A DNA stretch of 49,100 nt, filler included, from Catajapyx aquilonaris (taxonomy: Eukaryota): the NCBI GenBank assembly GCA_000934665.2. It is 3 parts of 3 records of this genome, joined end to end, with 100 filler letters (N's around TTAATTAATTAA, not from the genome) between each part and the next. Parts side by side here need not be neighbours in the genome. Positions count along the whole stretch, not along the records: positions 16,405 to 32,709 come from JYFJ02007239.1; positions 32,810 to 49,100 come from JYFJ02007240.1; 1 more part is not named here. One strand, 5' to 3'. Numbering within the stretch: the stretch's first letter is position 1; every line of letters begins with the position of its first letter. This document shows, piece by piece, positions 25,985 through 43,354 of this stretch. The notes below the pieces were generated by a model that was not told where the DNA came from, did no database searches, and saw only the letters and a program-made list of their open reading frames with translations. The position numbers and the translations under genes were made by a program.

Positions 25985-28900
25985 TAGTTACCATAGATTT
26001 CATTTCTGTCCTCTGATTGTTGAACGGGGAAAGTAGTAAGCGGGGACAGTAGTATAGCGCCCTGGTGGACTTTGTCCACACAGTGACTTATTACCAACGT
26101 GCATGCAGTACTACTTTCTCCCTGAGAGGGGCAGTAGTGTGCAGAGGGTGAGCCTATGCGCCAACTGGCAGTGGCCTATTGTATAGTACTACGTCCAAGT
26201 TGGGGGTGATGGGTCAAGCAGTGTTGCCAAAATTTGGCAATGGGTCCGCTATACTAGATGGTAATAATGTAAGAAGTGAATAATGCAGTGTTGCTCTATA
26301 GATTCGGGTTTTGCAAGAATCCGCATTTCAAATTCTCAGAAGATGTTACCTGACGTTTACTGCATGCTATGATGGAATGACACAATGAAACCTATCAGTT
26401 GTTGGTGAGGGTCCGTTTTAGTGAACAATGTGTGTCTTAAAAATACTTTGTCATATCTACCAATGCCATAAAGATTGACGAAAATGTTTCGGATGTACTG
26501 TATAGTACTTCCCTGTGATTGTGTGAAACTTGAAAAACTGCAGATTTTGAACATTCTGACCACTTTACTCTACATTAGGAACAGTGTTTTGCAATTTTAC
26601 CTTTCAATTTTTAGTAGGAACTATATCAAGCACCATTGCACCAAAAATGTCACATTACCTGGCCTTGATGAACATGTATTTGGGACAAGCTATGTCTGAA
26701 AATACAGTATAACTTAACTTGATTGTATTATAATGCTGTGTTTGTGCAACTTTGCCTATCCAACGTCGACCACAACCTATCACTATAGAGTTAGGCACAA
26801 CAAGCACAATTTGATGTTCATAATGCGAGATGCCCAGATTTTCCCTACTTCATATCAAACCCTCGTATACAGCTGTATAGGTTTCTGAAACTTGAGGGCT
26901 AACAAAAGTGAAATCTATACTAGTGTTCCGCACAGGTCTTGCCCCTGCCAGCTGTTATTCACTCTTTTCTTTACAACATTTTCTTACTACAAATTTTAGA
27001 TTACCATGTAGAGAATATTGCACAACTGTTTTGAAGTCCTTAAAAGAGTCAATAACAGCCGCAAGAAAGCAAAGAATGCGCACCGAATTTGCGAAGATCA
27101 GAAGAGAATACACCAAAGCATAATAAAGCACGTGTTTATACTTTGTACTTGTAATATTCTAATGTGCAGTTTGTACAAGTATTTAAATATTGTCATCCAT
27201 AGTATGTTTATTGCTTATTTTTCTTTTTTAACATATATAAAACACGTATATAAAAATTAAAGCCACACAGCAAATCATCTCTAGAACCTATAAAGAGAGA
27301 ACATACCATTACAAAATATACCGGTACCTCATCAGATGGTATCAGCACACAAGGCCTACTCCACTCCATGCTTCTCCCGACCTAATCTGCCGGAAAGCTA
27401 ACAAAAATGCACCGCTTGGAGGATAGTGGTTACATAGACTAATGACAACGATCTGCTACGAGAAATTGAGTCCAAGGAATAGTCCTCCTTCCACTCTTTA
27501 ATTCCCTTCCGTCCCCTACCCTCTTTCCCCTCCTGACGATAAGAACAGGGGGGGAAGAGAAAAGAAGAAGCCCGGAGGCAGAAAAATGATGTCCACTGCT
27601 GCTTCTTTCCCTGGAAGGGTGCAGTTAATTGGGTGGAATGAACACGGATCAGATTAAAAGCTCCGGGCGATCCGATTTGTTGGCGAGTTCGCTCCAACGG
27701 AGACGGACTCACGGATAAAGGAGTTGCAAAAATGCGATCCGGGTTCAGAATATTCTCTAGGCCAGGTTTGACCAGAAATTGTCGTTGTCGGATTCTGCAA
27801 TACATTTTAGACCTGTGGAATGTTGCCACGTAATGGAACTTGCAAGAGCACATGTTGTAATTCTTCTTCTGCGGCTGTTGCGCAAACGTGAGATTGTTGA
27901 TGGCGTACCTATAGGTCTTCAGGGAAATGATTCATTAATCAAGCTGCTCCATTTCATTTCGCTCTGAAGTCGTGTTTTTAAAATTTATTAAAATATTAAT
28001 CTCTGATTTATGACTTTTTGAAATGGAAATGCTGATGAAATATATCAGACGTTATACTGTATCGCACAATAACGTGGTGCAACTATGTACGTAGTCTAAT
28101 TTGAAAATATGACATTCGACGGAGCGGTAATATTGCAGGCTTACTTAGTAAGAGGTTCATTGTTGAAATTACACTGTAGTTCCATTACAAGAAAGGGATA
28201 TTGCAAACTTTGTGCAAAATTATGACTTGGGTAAGTGGATTTTTACCGAGCTTTTACTTCCGCAGAAAGGTTTTATAACAGTTACTGTCCTTAGCTGAAG
28301 TCCTTTTGAAAATTAGATTTCAGAATATCATAACTTAATCATATGGAAGAGATTTCAGCTTCATCCATAATGAACTTATTATATGCCGGTATCATTGGGA
28401 TGGGAGAGAGTATATGGCACAGGACTTCTGTTGGACGTCGGGAATTAAAACTGACTTGGCAATGTATTTAACAAAACTGGTAATATTAGCAGTAAGTTAT
28501 GACCTCATTGAGAATCTGAAGAAACGCTTATCATAACGAGCCAGTTATTTTAAAAAACAAAAGAGAATAAAAACAAACAATTAAAGTGACAAATCCTGAG
28601 TAAGTGGGGCGGGGGGACAAGGATCTACCGCTCTGTACGTAGAGTTTTGTAGTAAAAGTTACTTCATCTCGTCTCTCCCGCATTTCGCGTTATATCCTAC
28701 AGTTTATGTTTAAAAATTATTATGTAACAACGCTACCATTATCGCAAATTGTCCGAATAGAGGCAACATATACCCACACTCATGTCAGATTCTGCTTATT
28801 AATGCATAGGTTTGTGTATTATTATGTTCGTGCTAAATCCCTTCAGTAATACATTAATTGTGGAATGTATGATGATGCAAATGAGTCTAGTACGTTGCCT

Positions 28901-31900
28901 ACCCAATTATGGAATTTATTATTCACTGTTTACATGAGACCTCCCAGTTCTGAAATGTATCCTATTAGTGATCAGGTAAACCTTTGTATGTTCCTATCAG
29001 CGAATAAATATATTCATTATTGTCATAGTTTGTTGCAAATCAAGATCGGTGTTTACTAACTTGTACTTGTATGCCTGATCGAACCTTGCATACGGAGTTA
29101 CGTTATGGTCGAAATGATTTTGGTTTCATAATCTTCATAATTTACAAGACGTATAATACTTGCTCCTAAAAGATGGTATAGGTGCTGATGACGAATCCAA
29201 GCGCCCCCAGCAATATTACACTACAACGCATAATGTTTATAACGTATTGAACGGTATGTTATGAAGAGTTTGAAAGTGCAATGATTTTCACGCATATTTT
29301 GCAACACCCTGTACAGCTCAATGGTTACTAAAACGAATTTACAATTAACCACCCTAACTACCTTTCCCAGCATATTGGCTCCTGTGGTCATGCATGGCTT
29401 CCCTTGAAATTCCCTACAGGGCATATGGCACACCAGATTATCAGAATCGACGCCGTCATATTCATAGCTAACCTACGATGTATCTCGTGACATGTCTGTG
29501 TGGCTCCGTAAATGGGATTCTATTAAAGGTCTAATCTATTGCTACTCCACGCTGTATACGTAGAATATGTAGGAAACTTTTCCAACTGCATGGCAATACC
29601 ATGCAGCTCTCTTCTGGCTTCTATACGCAAAGCGAACTGTTCCCGGAGAGTCAATCGGGTGAAGGATGCTCAAACGAGTAAGGCTTGGTATATTACCTCG
29701 TAGAAATCAGTCTTATGACACTATTTTAGTGTATGGCTTCACCATATGCACCTACTCTATATGTACCATGGGAGTTTGGAACACGTGTGACGCACCTGTG
29801 GCATATAGAAGGGCTCGTAGCAAATAGTGATGCGGAAGTCCCGTTTCATATGAGATGTAATAATTACAGTATAATCAGACACTGTACAGTATAGTATACT
29901 ACGATGCATAGGTTACCATGGTGCACCATGGTGCTATTGTATTCGGTATTTCGGTCTCCCGTTTAATATTGCTCGGTTTTCATTTACACGGTTTATTTGA
30001 TTTCAATTATCGCGGACTACATTTTCAGGCCATTTATGTATAGAGTATAATTTCCAGTGAGATGCCAAACTCCAAGTTTTACTTACAAAGTACAGTATTT
30101 AGGTAACACGAAACATTCCTACAGATGCGAGTGATGCATATCGCAATTATTAAAACCTAAAATCTGAAATGTTTCTTTAACAAGGAGAGAATAATCTAGC
30201 GAATATTTTAGTTAATTCATAATCAATTATTGGCACTCTGACATAGGTCAGCTGGCACACTTGGTGTATAGATAAATAAATAAATAAATATTGGCACCCT
30301 GACGCCTTGTTTGCCCTTTTTTGAGAACGTAGAAACAGTTTTGCCAGCATGGAGTATTGTTACCTTACATATATATACAAGTAGTACATAACTTGCATTA
30401 ATACTGCACATCAGAGAATTTGAGATAGAGTAAAGTCTCTGTATTACGTCCCAGTATGAGCGTGAATGGATGACAGTAGTCTCTGAGAGACGGAAATTGC
30501 TGGTACCAATCACATAACCACGACTCAGTGGTCCCCACAAATGGGCGGTAGGAAGAAAACAAAAGACACCCGCTCCGTGGAGAAACGGCCATTAACAAAA
30601 AATGTCCGGAAAATAGGTTTCTCATCAATTCAATAGCCCAAAGGCAGTTGTTGCCATTTTCTAGCAGCCTAGTATTTAGAGTCATGTATGATGGCCACTT
30701 TCACCTTCACCCTTTTGGCCAACATCAAGCGAAAGGGAACCTTAGATGGGTTTAACTCACAATGTCAGCCTGTTATGTCTGCATCCTGCTCACATTGTCT
30801 GCTGTCTTTACGATCCTTCCGAGCGTATAGACCTATATGCCTTAAGAGAAAGCCATGCCTTACGACTAACCTAGATTTACTTTCACGAATTAAAAATTCT
30901 AACACATCATTCCAATTAATGTCTCCCTCCATGTGGCTTTTCACAGTTCATATTAAAAATTAAATTGCCTCTATTAAACACGTATTACATCCATTTTAAT
31001 AAGACGCAACGATGCGTCACATACTTTGAAATGGCTGCCCAACCTGGAGACTTGAAACATATTCGTGAGTCAATGTTAAGACCCTCCACAGTAGCAAAAT
31101 CGATCTTTTCACTTTCCCTTTAAAGGAAGTTGATACTGGTTGGCAAAATAGTCCCTTTACAGCTTGGGCTAACCTAACAAATAAGAAGTCCCATTGTCGC
31201 ACTTGGCAGGTTCAAGAAAGTTTGGCGAATTCCTTCAATGGCGATAGAAGGATAAGCTGAATGTTCCACAACTCCGGAAGAGCAAACGCTCGGAGTAATA
31301 TCTGAGGCGTCCGTGAAAAGGAACTTAGACAAATGCACAAGGTGAATGCTACACCGAGAATGTTATCAAGGGAGGTCAGGGCTGAGAAGAATGAGAGTCA
31401 TGGGAAGAAGCGTTGAATGCCTTGCACACTGACGAGAGTAAAAAGAAAGCAGTGGAGTAGAAAAGGAAAACTTAGATCCTTTTCTCGAGCCTTCGCACGA
31501 TCCCACTGTCGTCACCCTTAAGCCTTGTTACGAGCAAAGGAAGGTTCCTACATCATTTCGAGCCGGCTTTCATGGCTGTTTCGGGTAATAGGACGAACCG
31601 TGGTGTAACCCTCATGCAGTAGTGTTGGTGGGTGGAAAAAGATCTTACACACACCACGTTATGAAATGAGCGTGCAACGGATTTCGCTTCCTCCCCTTGC
31701 CACACCAAACCATTTTTTATGACCATAACTTTCAGTGCTATCAAACTGGAAATGTGAAGTAGGGCACTCCATTCGAGCAGGCCGGAACCGTCAGTACAAA
31801 TCACCGTCACAAAGGGCGCCGATGGATAATTTCCTTTATGGAGGTCTTGGCTTTTCCGACCAACCCACGGGCGCAGAAGCAAAAGCAAGATGAATATACG

Positions 31901-32538
31901 TATGCCGAGCTCCCTTTGTCCACGGCCGATTGACACCTGCTGGCTGCAGAGCCTGAAGGCGTGGGAACGGCCACAATTCCATTTACCCTCCTTCATATTG
32001 CCTTCAACACACAATTTCCGCCGCCTTCGCTTGCTCCAAAGGGGAGAAATATTGCGTTTCTTACATTGGCGGGGCCCCAGGTGACATTTCTTAAGGGTCA
32101 AACTATACCGACAACCCAGGCGACTTCGAAGAATTATTTAGGAGACAGCAGGCTGCTTTTCTTTGGGTATACTCTTGGAGACGAACACTTTTTTTTGTGA
32201 TGTAGCAATTCTAGACTTGATTCTAAGATTCCCATTGGAACGAGCTCATCCAAAATTCCGCGGGGACACCCAACCGAGTCACAAACGATATGGTAGACCA
32301 TGTTTTGGGGTTCTTCCCAGCAGCATCGCAACAGCAGAATACAGGAAGAGTAAAATATAATGTTTACAGTGCGTAGCGTCAGTTCTGCAGAAAGAAACTG
32401 TGCCTTTATGGGTCATAAATACTTTTATGCCTATGTGACACAAAATTTTGTAACATTCATTTGACATAACCATATGCTACTTGTCAAATATATAAATCAA
32501 TATTATAGTAACATAATTGAGGTCAAAGTGTGTGTATA

Positions 32539-32709
32539 CCCTTACCGAAATTTTCTCTACCTCGCGGCGAGGTCGTCAGACGAGCTTATGGCCACCCAAC
32601 CGCATACTAGCCGTTGTTTCATTTCGCTATGTCGCGGGCGAAGTCGCGGCGAGGTGGCGGTCGGCGAGGTGGTCGCAAGGTGGCGGTGGCGAGGTGGCCA
32701 CCTCGCGAC
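32539..32709. mobile_element. Left end of the same GC-rich TIR transposon family as 16405-16500, truncated by the gap
   Basis: TA|cccttaccgaaatttt followed by repeated gcgaggtggc motifs. Confidence 0.65.
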
Positions 32710-32809
32710 NNNNNNNNNNNNNNNNNNNNNNNNNNNNNNNNNNNNNNNNNNNNTTAATTAATTAANNNNNNNNNNNNNNNNNNNNNNNNNNNNNNNNNNN
32801 NNNNNNNNN
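32710..32809. other. Artificial scaffolding spacer (N44-TTAATTAATTAA-N44)
   Basis: Same construct as 16305-16404. Confidence 0.95.
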
Positions 32810-32966
32810 AAATCCACAAAATTGGTATAAAAATCTGTAACCGAAATACTATAGATGAAAAAATAAATCCCGCCACTTCCCTCCCCATAAGCCATAGGCA
32901 GGAAAGTGACGGAAATTGAAAAAAAGTAACTCGGTTACAGATTTTGTTACTAATTTTTGTGGATTT
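32810..32966. repeat. Imperfect inverted repeat (MITE core)
   Basis: aaatccacaaaattggtataaaaatctgtaaccga ... tcggttacagattttgttactaatttttgtggattt. Confidence 0.6.
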
Positions 32967-33539
32967 GTTTTTCTTGTTCAGGGGTCCACAGCATGCACTT
33001 GTTTGAAAAAATGCTCAGATGAGGTCTTTGTATTTACACATCAAACAACTGCATACACAGAATATTAGAAAATAATTGAATTAATGTATTAGAAGCGGAC
33101 CTACCTTTATAGTGGTACTCTGAGACTATTGACCTAAGGTAAACATTATGCATATGTAGGGTGGGAAATTTATTATTGTAGGCTGTAGGTGATTGTTAGA
33201 ATTATAGTATTGAAGAACTATTCGAAGCAATTGCCACAAAAATTTTGGAATTTGCTTATTGAACCTATTTGCAACACCTCGTTATTTCCATCAAGACATC
33301 ATGCTGTAGTAAAGGATGAGCAACAAGCTCGGCAACAAGTCATATTTTGTACCTTCAGAATGCTCAATAAGAATGGACAAACATTGCTGGTTAAAATCCC
33401 GTAACTAGGTGCTGAAACGAATTTGTAGAAAGTCATCACTCTTCCTGCAAACCAGAATAAAGTAGCTTACCCAATGTCAAAATATTGAAATATTATCAAC
33501 GCTCCTTTACATTATTTATTTGTGAATTGACTGCTCTTA

Positions 33540-35535
<1,996 letters not shown>

Positions 35536-36563
35536 CTCTATATAGTCAGAGGGTGAAAATCTGGACCTCCCGCCGATGAGAAGACACGACAAATGCTTAT
35601 CAGCTTAATCTTTTCCTTGCATTCGAAGTCATAATTAGACTGATGAGGCAACGGACCAGTTGGAGATGAGGGTTCAAGGCTACAAAATAATCATGCAGAG
35701 CAGCCCTGTGTACAGATTGTGACATGCACTTCGCGGTCGGCTCCGACCCCGAAGTGCATGTCACAATCTGTGTGTCACCAAAAATAAGGCAAAGGAATGA
35801 AATATCTGGAAATGCGGCTGATGTTCCCATAACCGGTTTGAAAAGGAGGCAAGCCATTGGAAGCAACAATTAGCCGCGGCCTTCGTGATTGTTGTTACCT
35901 GATAGCTGACCCGACCCATTCAGAGTGAAGGGATTGCGTTGGATTGTTCTAGCAAGTACTATAGGTTAGTTTTGCAACATGTCATCCTGTGAATTAAAAG
36001 GTGGAATCAAGATCATTACGATGTCCCAATATTATGATCAGTAATAACCAAGATTGGGTAATCACACTGAATATAATTATTGAAGAGTGGAAATGCCACA
36101 GGCTCTAACAGTAAGTGCCAAAAATCTTGAAGGGAGATAACAAGAGTTTTTTTTCAAATGAGAAGACCATGCGCACATAATTATATAGCCGGAGTGATCG
36201 GTTGGATACCTTCAGTACCACGGCGAAGAAATGCCTAGTATTTTGGCACTTTCGACAAACCCAGCTAGTACATAAATTCAAGCAAAACGAAGAAAAACGC
36301 TCCTCAATATCGACGTCAATTATTACAAAAAATTAGTAATGAGTATCACGTTCGCAATAATACGGTATTTTTGGACAATATTTTTATTGAGAACCTTTCC
36401 AAAATATTGTCTCGGCATGCCGTAACTGTAGGTGCTGACACGACTTTGTAGACTGTAGAGAATTAACATTCTTCCTGCATACCAGAGTAAAATATAGTTC
36501 AACTTTTCTCAAAAGGTTGCAATATCACTTATGTCAGTGCTCCTTTACACATTATTTGGTAAT

Positions 36564-36897
36564 TTTTTATTATTATTATTATTATTATTTTTTTTATTAT
36601 TTTTTTATAATATACCCCGTGATAGAGCCATTGGCTCTCTTAGGGGGGGAGCTCATCCCAATTTTTTTTTGTCAGGAACTCTTTGCTTTTTACTTTTTGC
36701 TTCGCTTTTTGGGAAGGGATAGGGATGGAAGGAAGTGGCTGTGGCCTGTTAATTACGGAAGCAACTCCGGAATTTTCCTGGAGGGACCGTGGGAAACCAC
36801 AGAAAACCACGGTCAGAGTTGCCGGCCCCGGGATTTGATCCCAGGACCTCCCGATTAGCAGTCTGGCTCCTTAACCCCTACACCAACCTGCTTCGGT
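36564..36897 (-). mobile_element. tRNA-derived SINE inserted in the 3' UTR of FReD paralogue 2
   Basis: B-box-like gggatcaaatccc on the minus strand, a typical arthropod SINE body (ggaaggaagtggctgtggcc...cctggagggaccgtgggaaaccac), a (TAA)n/A tail, and a 13-bp TSD attatttggtaat at 36551-36563 and 36898-36910. Confidence 0.88.
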
Positions 36898-36917
36898 ATT
36901 ATTTGGTAATGCTCTTA

Positions 36918-39196
<2,279 letters not shown>

Positions 39197-39286
39197 GTCG
39201 AATTATCTTCCCAGCACTGAATCTTTCCCACATCCCGACAAATATGTGCCGTCTGCATGACCCCTGCCTCTGACCTTGCTATCTCT

Positions 39287-39301
39287 GGGAAATCCTTATC
39301 A
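39287..39301. promoter_or_regulatory. Candidate NF-kB (Rel) site fused to a GATA site upstream of FReD paralogue 2
   Basis: GGGAAATCCT followed by TTATCA, ~90 bp upstream of the ATG. Motif match only. Confidence 0.4.
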
Positions 39302-40294
39302 GTTTTTACCCCCTTCCTCCTTCCACAGGAAGTCGACAGAGCTCTTCTAAGATAGGACGTTGCATTTGATGACTTCGCTGCATCGCATAATAATATTATG
39401 AAGTGACTTCTCCTCGCCCAATCATCCGGGCCATCTCCTCGGTATGGTTGTCCACCCAGGGACTTGTCAATAGGACTTTTGTCTGAAGAATTTTGTCATA
39501 CAGGGTGCTTCAGAACTTCAGGCCATCCAGTCAGCAGTGTCCAGGTTGACTCAAAACAGGTGTAAAATGTGGCTTAGGGAGGAATATTTCAAAAGCCCAA
39601 ACGAATCCGACGGAGACTGCGATGAACAATTACTGCAATCACTGCATTTTTGCAAACTAATCGAATAAAATAATACGTAGATTCAACTGATTCAAGCATA
39701 ACGAAGCAAAAGGTATTGATATCTACAATATTGACGTCCATGAAAACATTAGTAATGAGCTACATGATTTAAGTTTTGAATAAAATTTTTCAAACATAAC
39801 TCTTTATTGAAAAGCTTTTGAAAATATCGTTGCATTTTTTCTTAAGGTGGGCATGTCTGTCAGCTACATAAAAAATTGTTGCTTAAGCGGTTATTTCACT
39901 GATTTAATTAAAGTCGAACCTTGCAATTATGTACCACCTATACGTTGTCGGTAGTAAATATTTCACATTGATGCAAAGAAACAATTATTCCTGCAATAAT
40001 GCATAATTATATTGCACACTTGGGAAAAACAACTAGTAGTTACAGGCGGAATCTCCAGTGTTGAAACGGTGGGTAGAGAATCCTTCCTTCCTCACATGGT
40101 TCTGTTCCTGAAACATTTGCAGAAAATGACACGTCTCATACACGTAACTATGTGCTGAAGCGACTTTCTAGAGAATATCAGCATTTTCCCATGAAACCAG
40201 AAAAGGTATTAGTTCAAATATTAACATCAAAACGTGTCGCGTCGTAACATTCGCATGCTCCTTTACACATTTGCGAATTGACTGACTCTCTTAA

Positions 40295-42087
40295 TTAATT
40301 CGGTCTGATCTTCATCTCAGATGTTTTGAGGGCATTATCACGTTCCTTCCATGTCCACCAGAAGAACGTCTTGTATTGGGTCACTTCCTCCCAGAGGTAA
40401 GGTCCATTCAGACTGGAGAAGAGGACGCTCCCGTGCCACCAGCCACCACCTCCGACATAAGCCGACTGGTCCCTGACATCAAAGCCGTCGTTGTCCCTGT
40501 CCAATGTGCTGAAATACTGTCCATTATTCCAGGGCATCAGCGAGTCCCCCGCCCCTCCTCGTCCAGTGTATCCTCCGACAGAGAGACGGTACAGGTCACC
40601 CTCGGCGGAGACCACGAAGGTCTCGTACTCGGCATATGCCACCTCACCCTTCCGGTTCTCCATCAAGTCAATCCTCAATCGCACAGGGGTCGAAGGTTGG
40701 CTGGTCAGGGAGTGGATGTTGTCCAGGCCTGTTGAATTAACAGAAAAATCCGGTCCCAAATCGTCCAATTATTGACTAACATGGCCGCAGTAATCGCGAG
40801 AAAATCTGGATACATTTCTGAGACATGTCCACAATTTTAATGCAATCCTGTAAAGTACGCTATGTACTATATCGCTCAAAAAGATAGAGACGATTGGCAT
40901 TTGATTCAAGTGCAAGTTGCACTTGAGTCAAATGCAAAATCGTCTCGATCTTTTTGGGCGATATAGTACGTACTGACAATATTTACTTAGTGACGACTAA
41001 CCGAGCCAGAATTCTCCTTCCAAGTGTCCGAATCCCTTCTTGTAATCGCTCCAACGCCTGTTAAAATTCACATGAGGAGTAATGTCCGCCCTTCTCTGCA
41101 GAACTGTCCATCCGCCTCCAGCTGTCGTCATGTCGCAGTACACCTGGAAGTGACCCACCAGTAATGATCACATGAAATAAAAGTTGTCTCATGAAGTAAA
41201 TTTTTGATGTGATGGGGGCCAAAACACCGAACCTCTATTTCCTTTCCATCGGGGAGGGAAATGACGTAGACTCCAGACGTGATGTTTCCTCGATCTTTGA
41301 TTTCAGCGCAGTTGGACGGAAGAGGATGACCTGAAAAATTAATATTTGAAAAAAAAACCATTTTAAAATTATTCTAATTTTGTTAACCAATTTTACGTTC
41401 GAGACAAATCCAAGCTGGTATGACTTGTACGGTTGAGAACAAGGAGTTTGATCAAACCCTGTATAAGTTTCATTAACCTGCGTCATGTTCATCAGATGCA
41501 ACAGGGCAAGTTGCCGGTTCTTCCCGAAGTGCCTCGTGATCTCTGGTCACCTTCGACGTCATAGTGTCCACTCGTGTCTTGATTTCCTCCTTGATTCTCT
41601 TCTCAGCTTCTAGACATTTCTTCTCGACTGATTTGATGTTTTTGCCTAACAGCCTTTGACCTTCTGTGCAGCTTTCCTCAATGCTCTCTCTTAATTCCTC
41701 CCGCAGTTCGTCAAATTGATGTGCTGTGTAAAGACACACTCATTATGCACAGAGAGAAAAAAATAAGGTAAACGAGGTCCACAGGAAGTTAATGCAATTA
41801 ACCATGGTGGCATACTTATATGGTAAACTACTATATATTATGTGAATCACTGCAGCGCCATAAGACAGTGGCAACTCACCCACTGTCGCGTATTTGTCCT
41901 CCACAACACGAATGACATCCTGTATGGCGACTACCAGATCTTCATCAGTGACGTGCTTTGTCTCAACATGAATGTTGTCTGCTGCATTGTTCTCGCCGGG
42001 ATCCCTGGCACTGCAAGCAAAGGCTACAAATCCGACCATAATGAGCAGATCCAAGAGAAAGTGCGCAATCCGATGATGACGATCCAT
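40295..42087 (-). CDS. Secreted fibrinogen-related protein, paralogue 3 (375 aa)
   Basis: Five exons 42087-41880, 41723-41478, 41330-41233, 41143-41002, 40728-40295 give a 1128-nt ORF, with the same intron phases as paralogue 2. FBG motifs [43 protein letters not shown]. Confidence 0.93.
40864..40969. repeat. ~106-bp near-perfect palindrome (hairpin MITE) in the last intron of FReD paralogue 3
   Basis: gtactatatcgctcaaaaagatagagacgatt...tcaagtgcaa|g|ttgcacttga...aatcgtctcgatctttttgggcgatatagtac. Confidence 0.85.
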
Positions 42088-42183
42088 GTCTAATGACCTG
42101 ATGACCTCTCTGTGGCAACACCTCGAACTGCTCCGTGTTCGAATAATATTGTTCATTGTCCTTTGTCAACAACCCGTAACTAT

Positions 42184-42193
42184 GGGGATTGCC
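42184..42193. promoter_or_regulatory. Candidate NF-kB site upstream of FReD paralogue 3
   Basis: GGGGATTGCC, ~100 bp upstream of the ATG. Motif match only. Confidence 0.35.
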
Positions 42194-42518
42194 TTTTGTC
42201 TCTTTGTAAATAATCTTTGGCAGTGTTGATTGTCAGTTGTCACACTCATGTAGTTCTGTATGTTTGTAAACAAAAATGTAAACAACAAACCTTGATGGTA
42301 TGATAAGCCGCATTAGTCCGACAAATATTTACAATCACTCTGTATAGTGTACTGTACAATTTATATACGAGGAGTCGTGTCGAGGAGATGGCGCTGCAAG
42401 TCTGTTGAAAGTTCAGGGCGAGGGAGATAATAATTATGTGGAAAAATAGGACGAATAATAATTGAGGCACTGCTGATAACAATAGAGGACACAAAAATCC
42501 TATCTAGCGTTTATTTGT

Positions 42519-43354
42519 TTACTTTTCAGCAGGCTTTACGGTGTTCCACTTAGAAGAGTCGTAGCAAGGCCACAGTGTGCACAGGTCCCTCTCTTGCCTC
42601 CCCGTATAGAATGCCCCAAAATCCTCTCCCTCGCACACGCACTGGTTGCAGTTGGATGAGTACATGGTTCCAGGGGCGCACACCTTGGGCCTAACTGGAA
42701 ACAGAAAGGGAACCGAAATTTGTTATGGCGTTTCTGGTTTAACTTGGACTTTGCCTTTTCGTCTGATTTTTATACTCGATACAGGGTATTCCAAGTGCGT
42801 GGGTCGGTTTATTTGTACCAATAATATCGCCCGCTAGTAGTTATTTTTGTGTGCTTCGATCCAGGTGCCTCCGTACTATCAGATGTGTCGAACGGTAGCA
42901 GTGGCTATCGATGGATGAGGGCACAACTACAGCTACACAAAAAGTAACTACTTCGGATGATATTAGTGATAAATAAAACGAACCACGAACTTGGAACACC
43001 CTGTATTAAAATGCACGTACTCGAATAATTATAGTAAGAGAGTACGCTGCCGGTACAATTCACATCCGCACATATAGAAAATTCCACTTATTCACTTTTG
43101 GAAATACGTATTCTTAAAATTTGTCAGAATGTACCCTGTCTAATGTATTCTTGGCACTTGGCAGTGTTTTTTTTAGCATATCTCTTTTACAGATAAATGG
43201 TGCTGACTCACAAAATAATACGAAAGGCACCGCAGTCGGGTATGTACATACCAGGAGCTGTGCTCACTGCTGCCGATGCCATGTCCCACATCAGTGGTCC
43301 CAGCAAAAGCAAGAAGGCCAACAGTACCAGTGGGAACAGTCGCTCGACTCCCAT
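42519..43354 (-). CDS. Single-domain pacifastin-like serine protease inhibitor (MEROPS I19), 92 aa precursor
   Basis: Exon 1 43354-43252 (signal peptide MGVERLFPLVLLAFLLLLGPLMWDMASAAVSTAP, phase-1 donor G|GTATGT). Exon 2 42694-42519 (acceptor tttctgtttccag|) encodes VRPKVCAPGTMYSSNCNQCVCEGEDFGAFYTGRQERDLCTLWPCYDSSKWNTVKPAEK*, matching C-x9-C-N-x-C-x-C-xn-C-T-x3-C. AATAAA lies at 42515-42510. Confidence 0.88.
42782..43003. mobile_element. Tc1/mariner-type MITE in the pacifastin intron
   Basis: TA|cagggtattccaagtgcgtggg...ccacgaacttggaacaccctg|TA. Confidence 0.75.
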
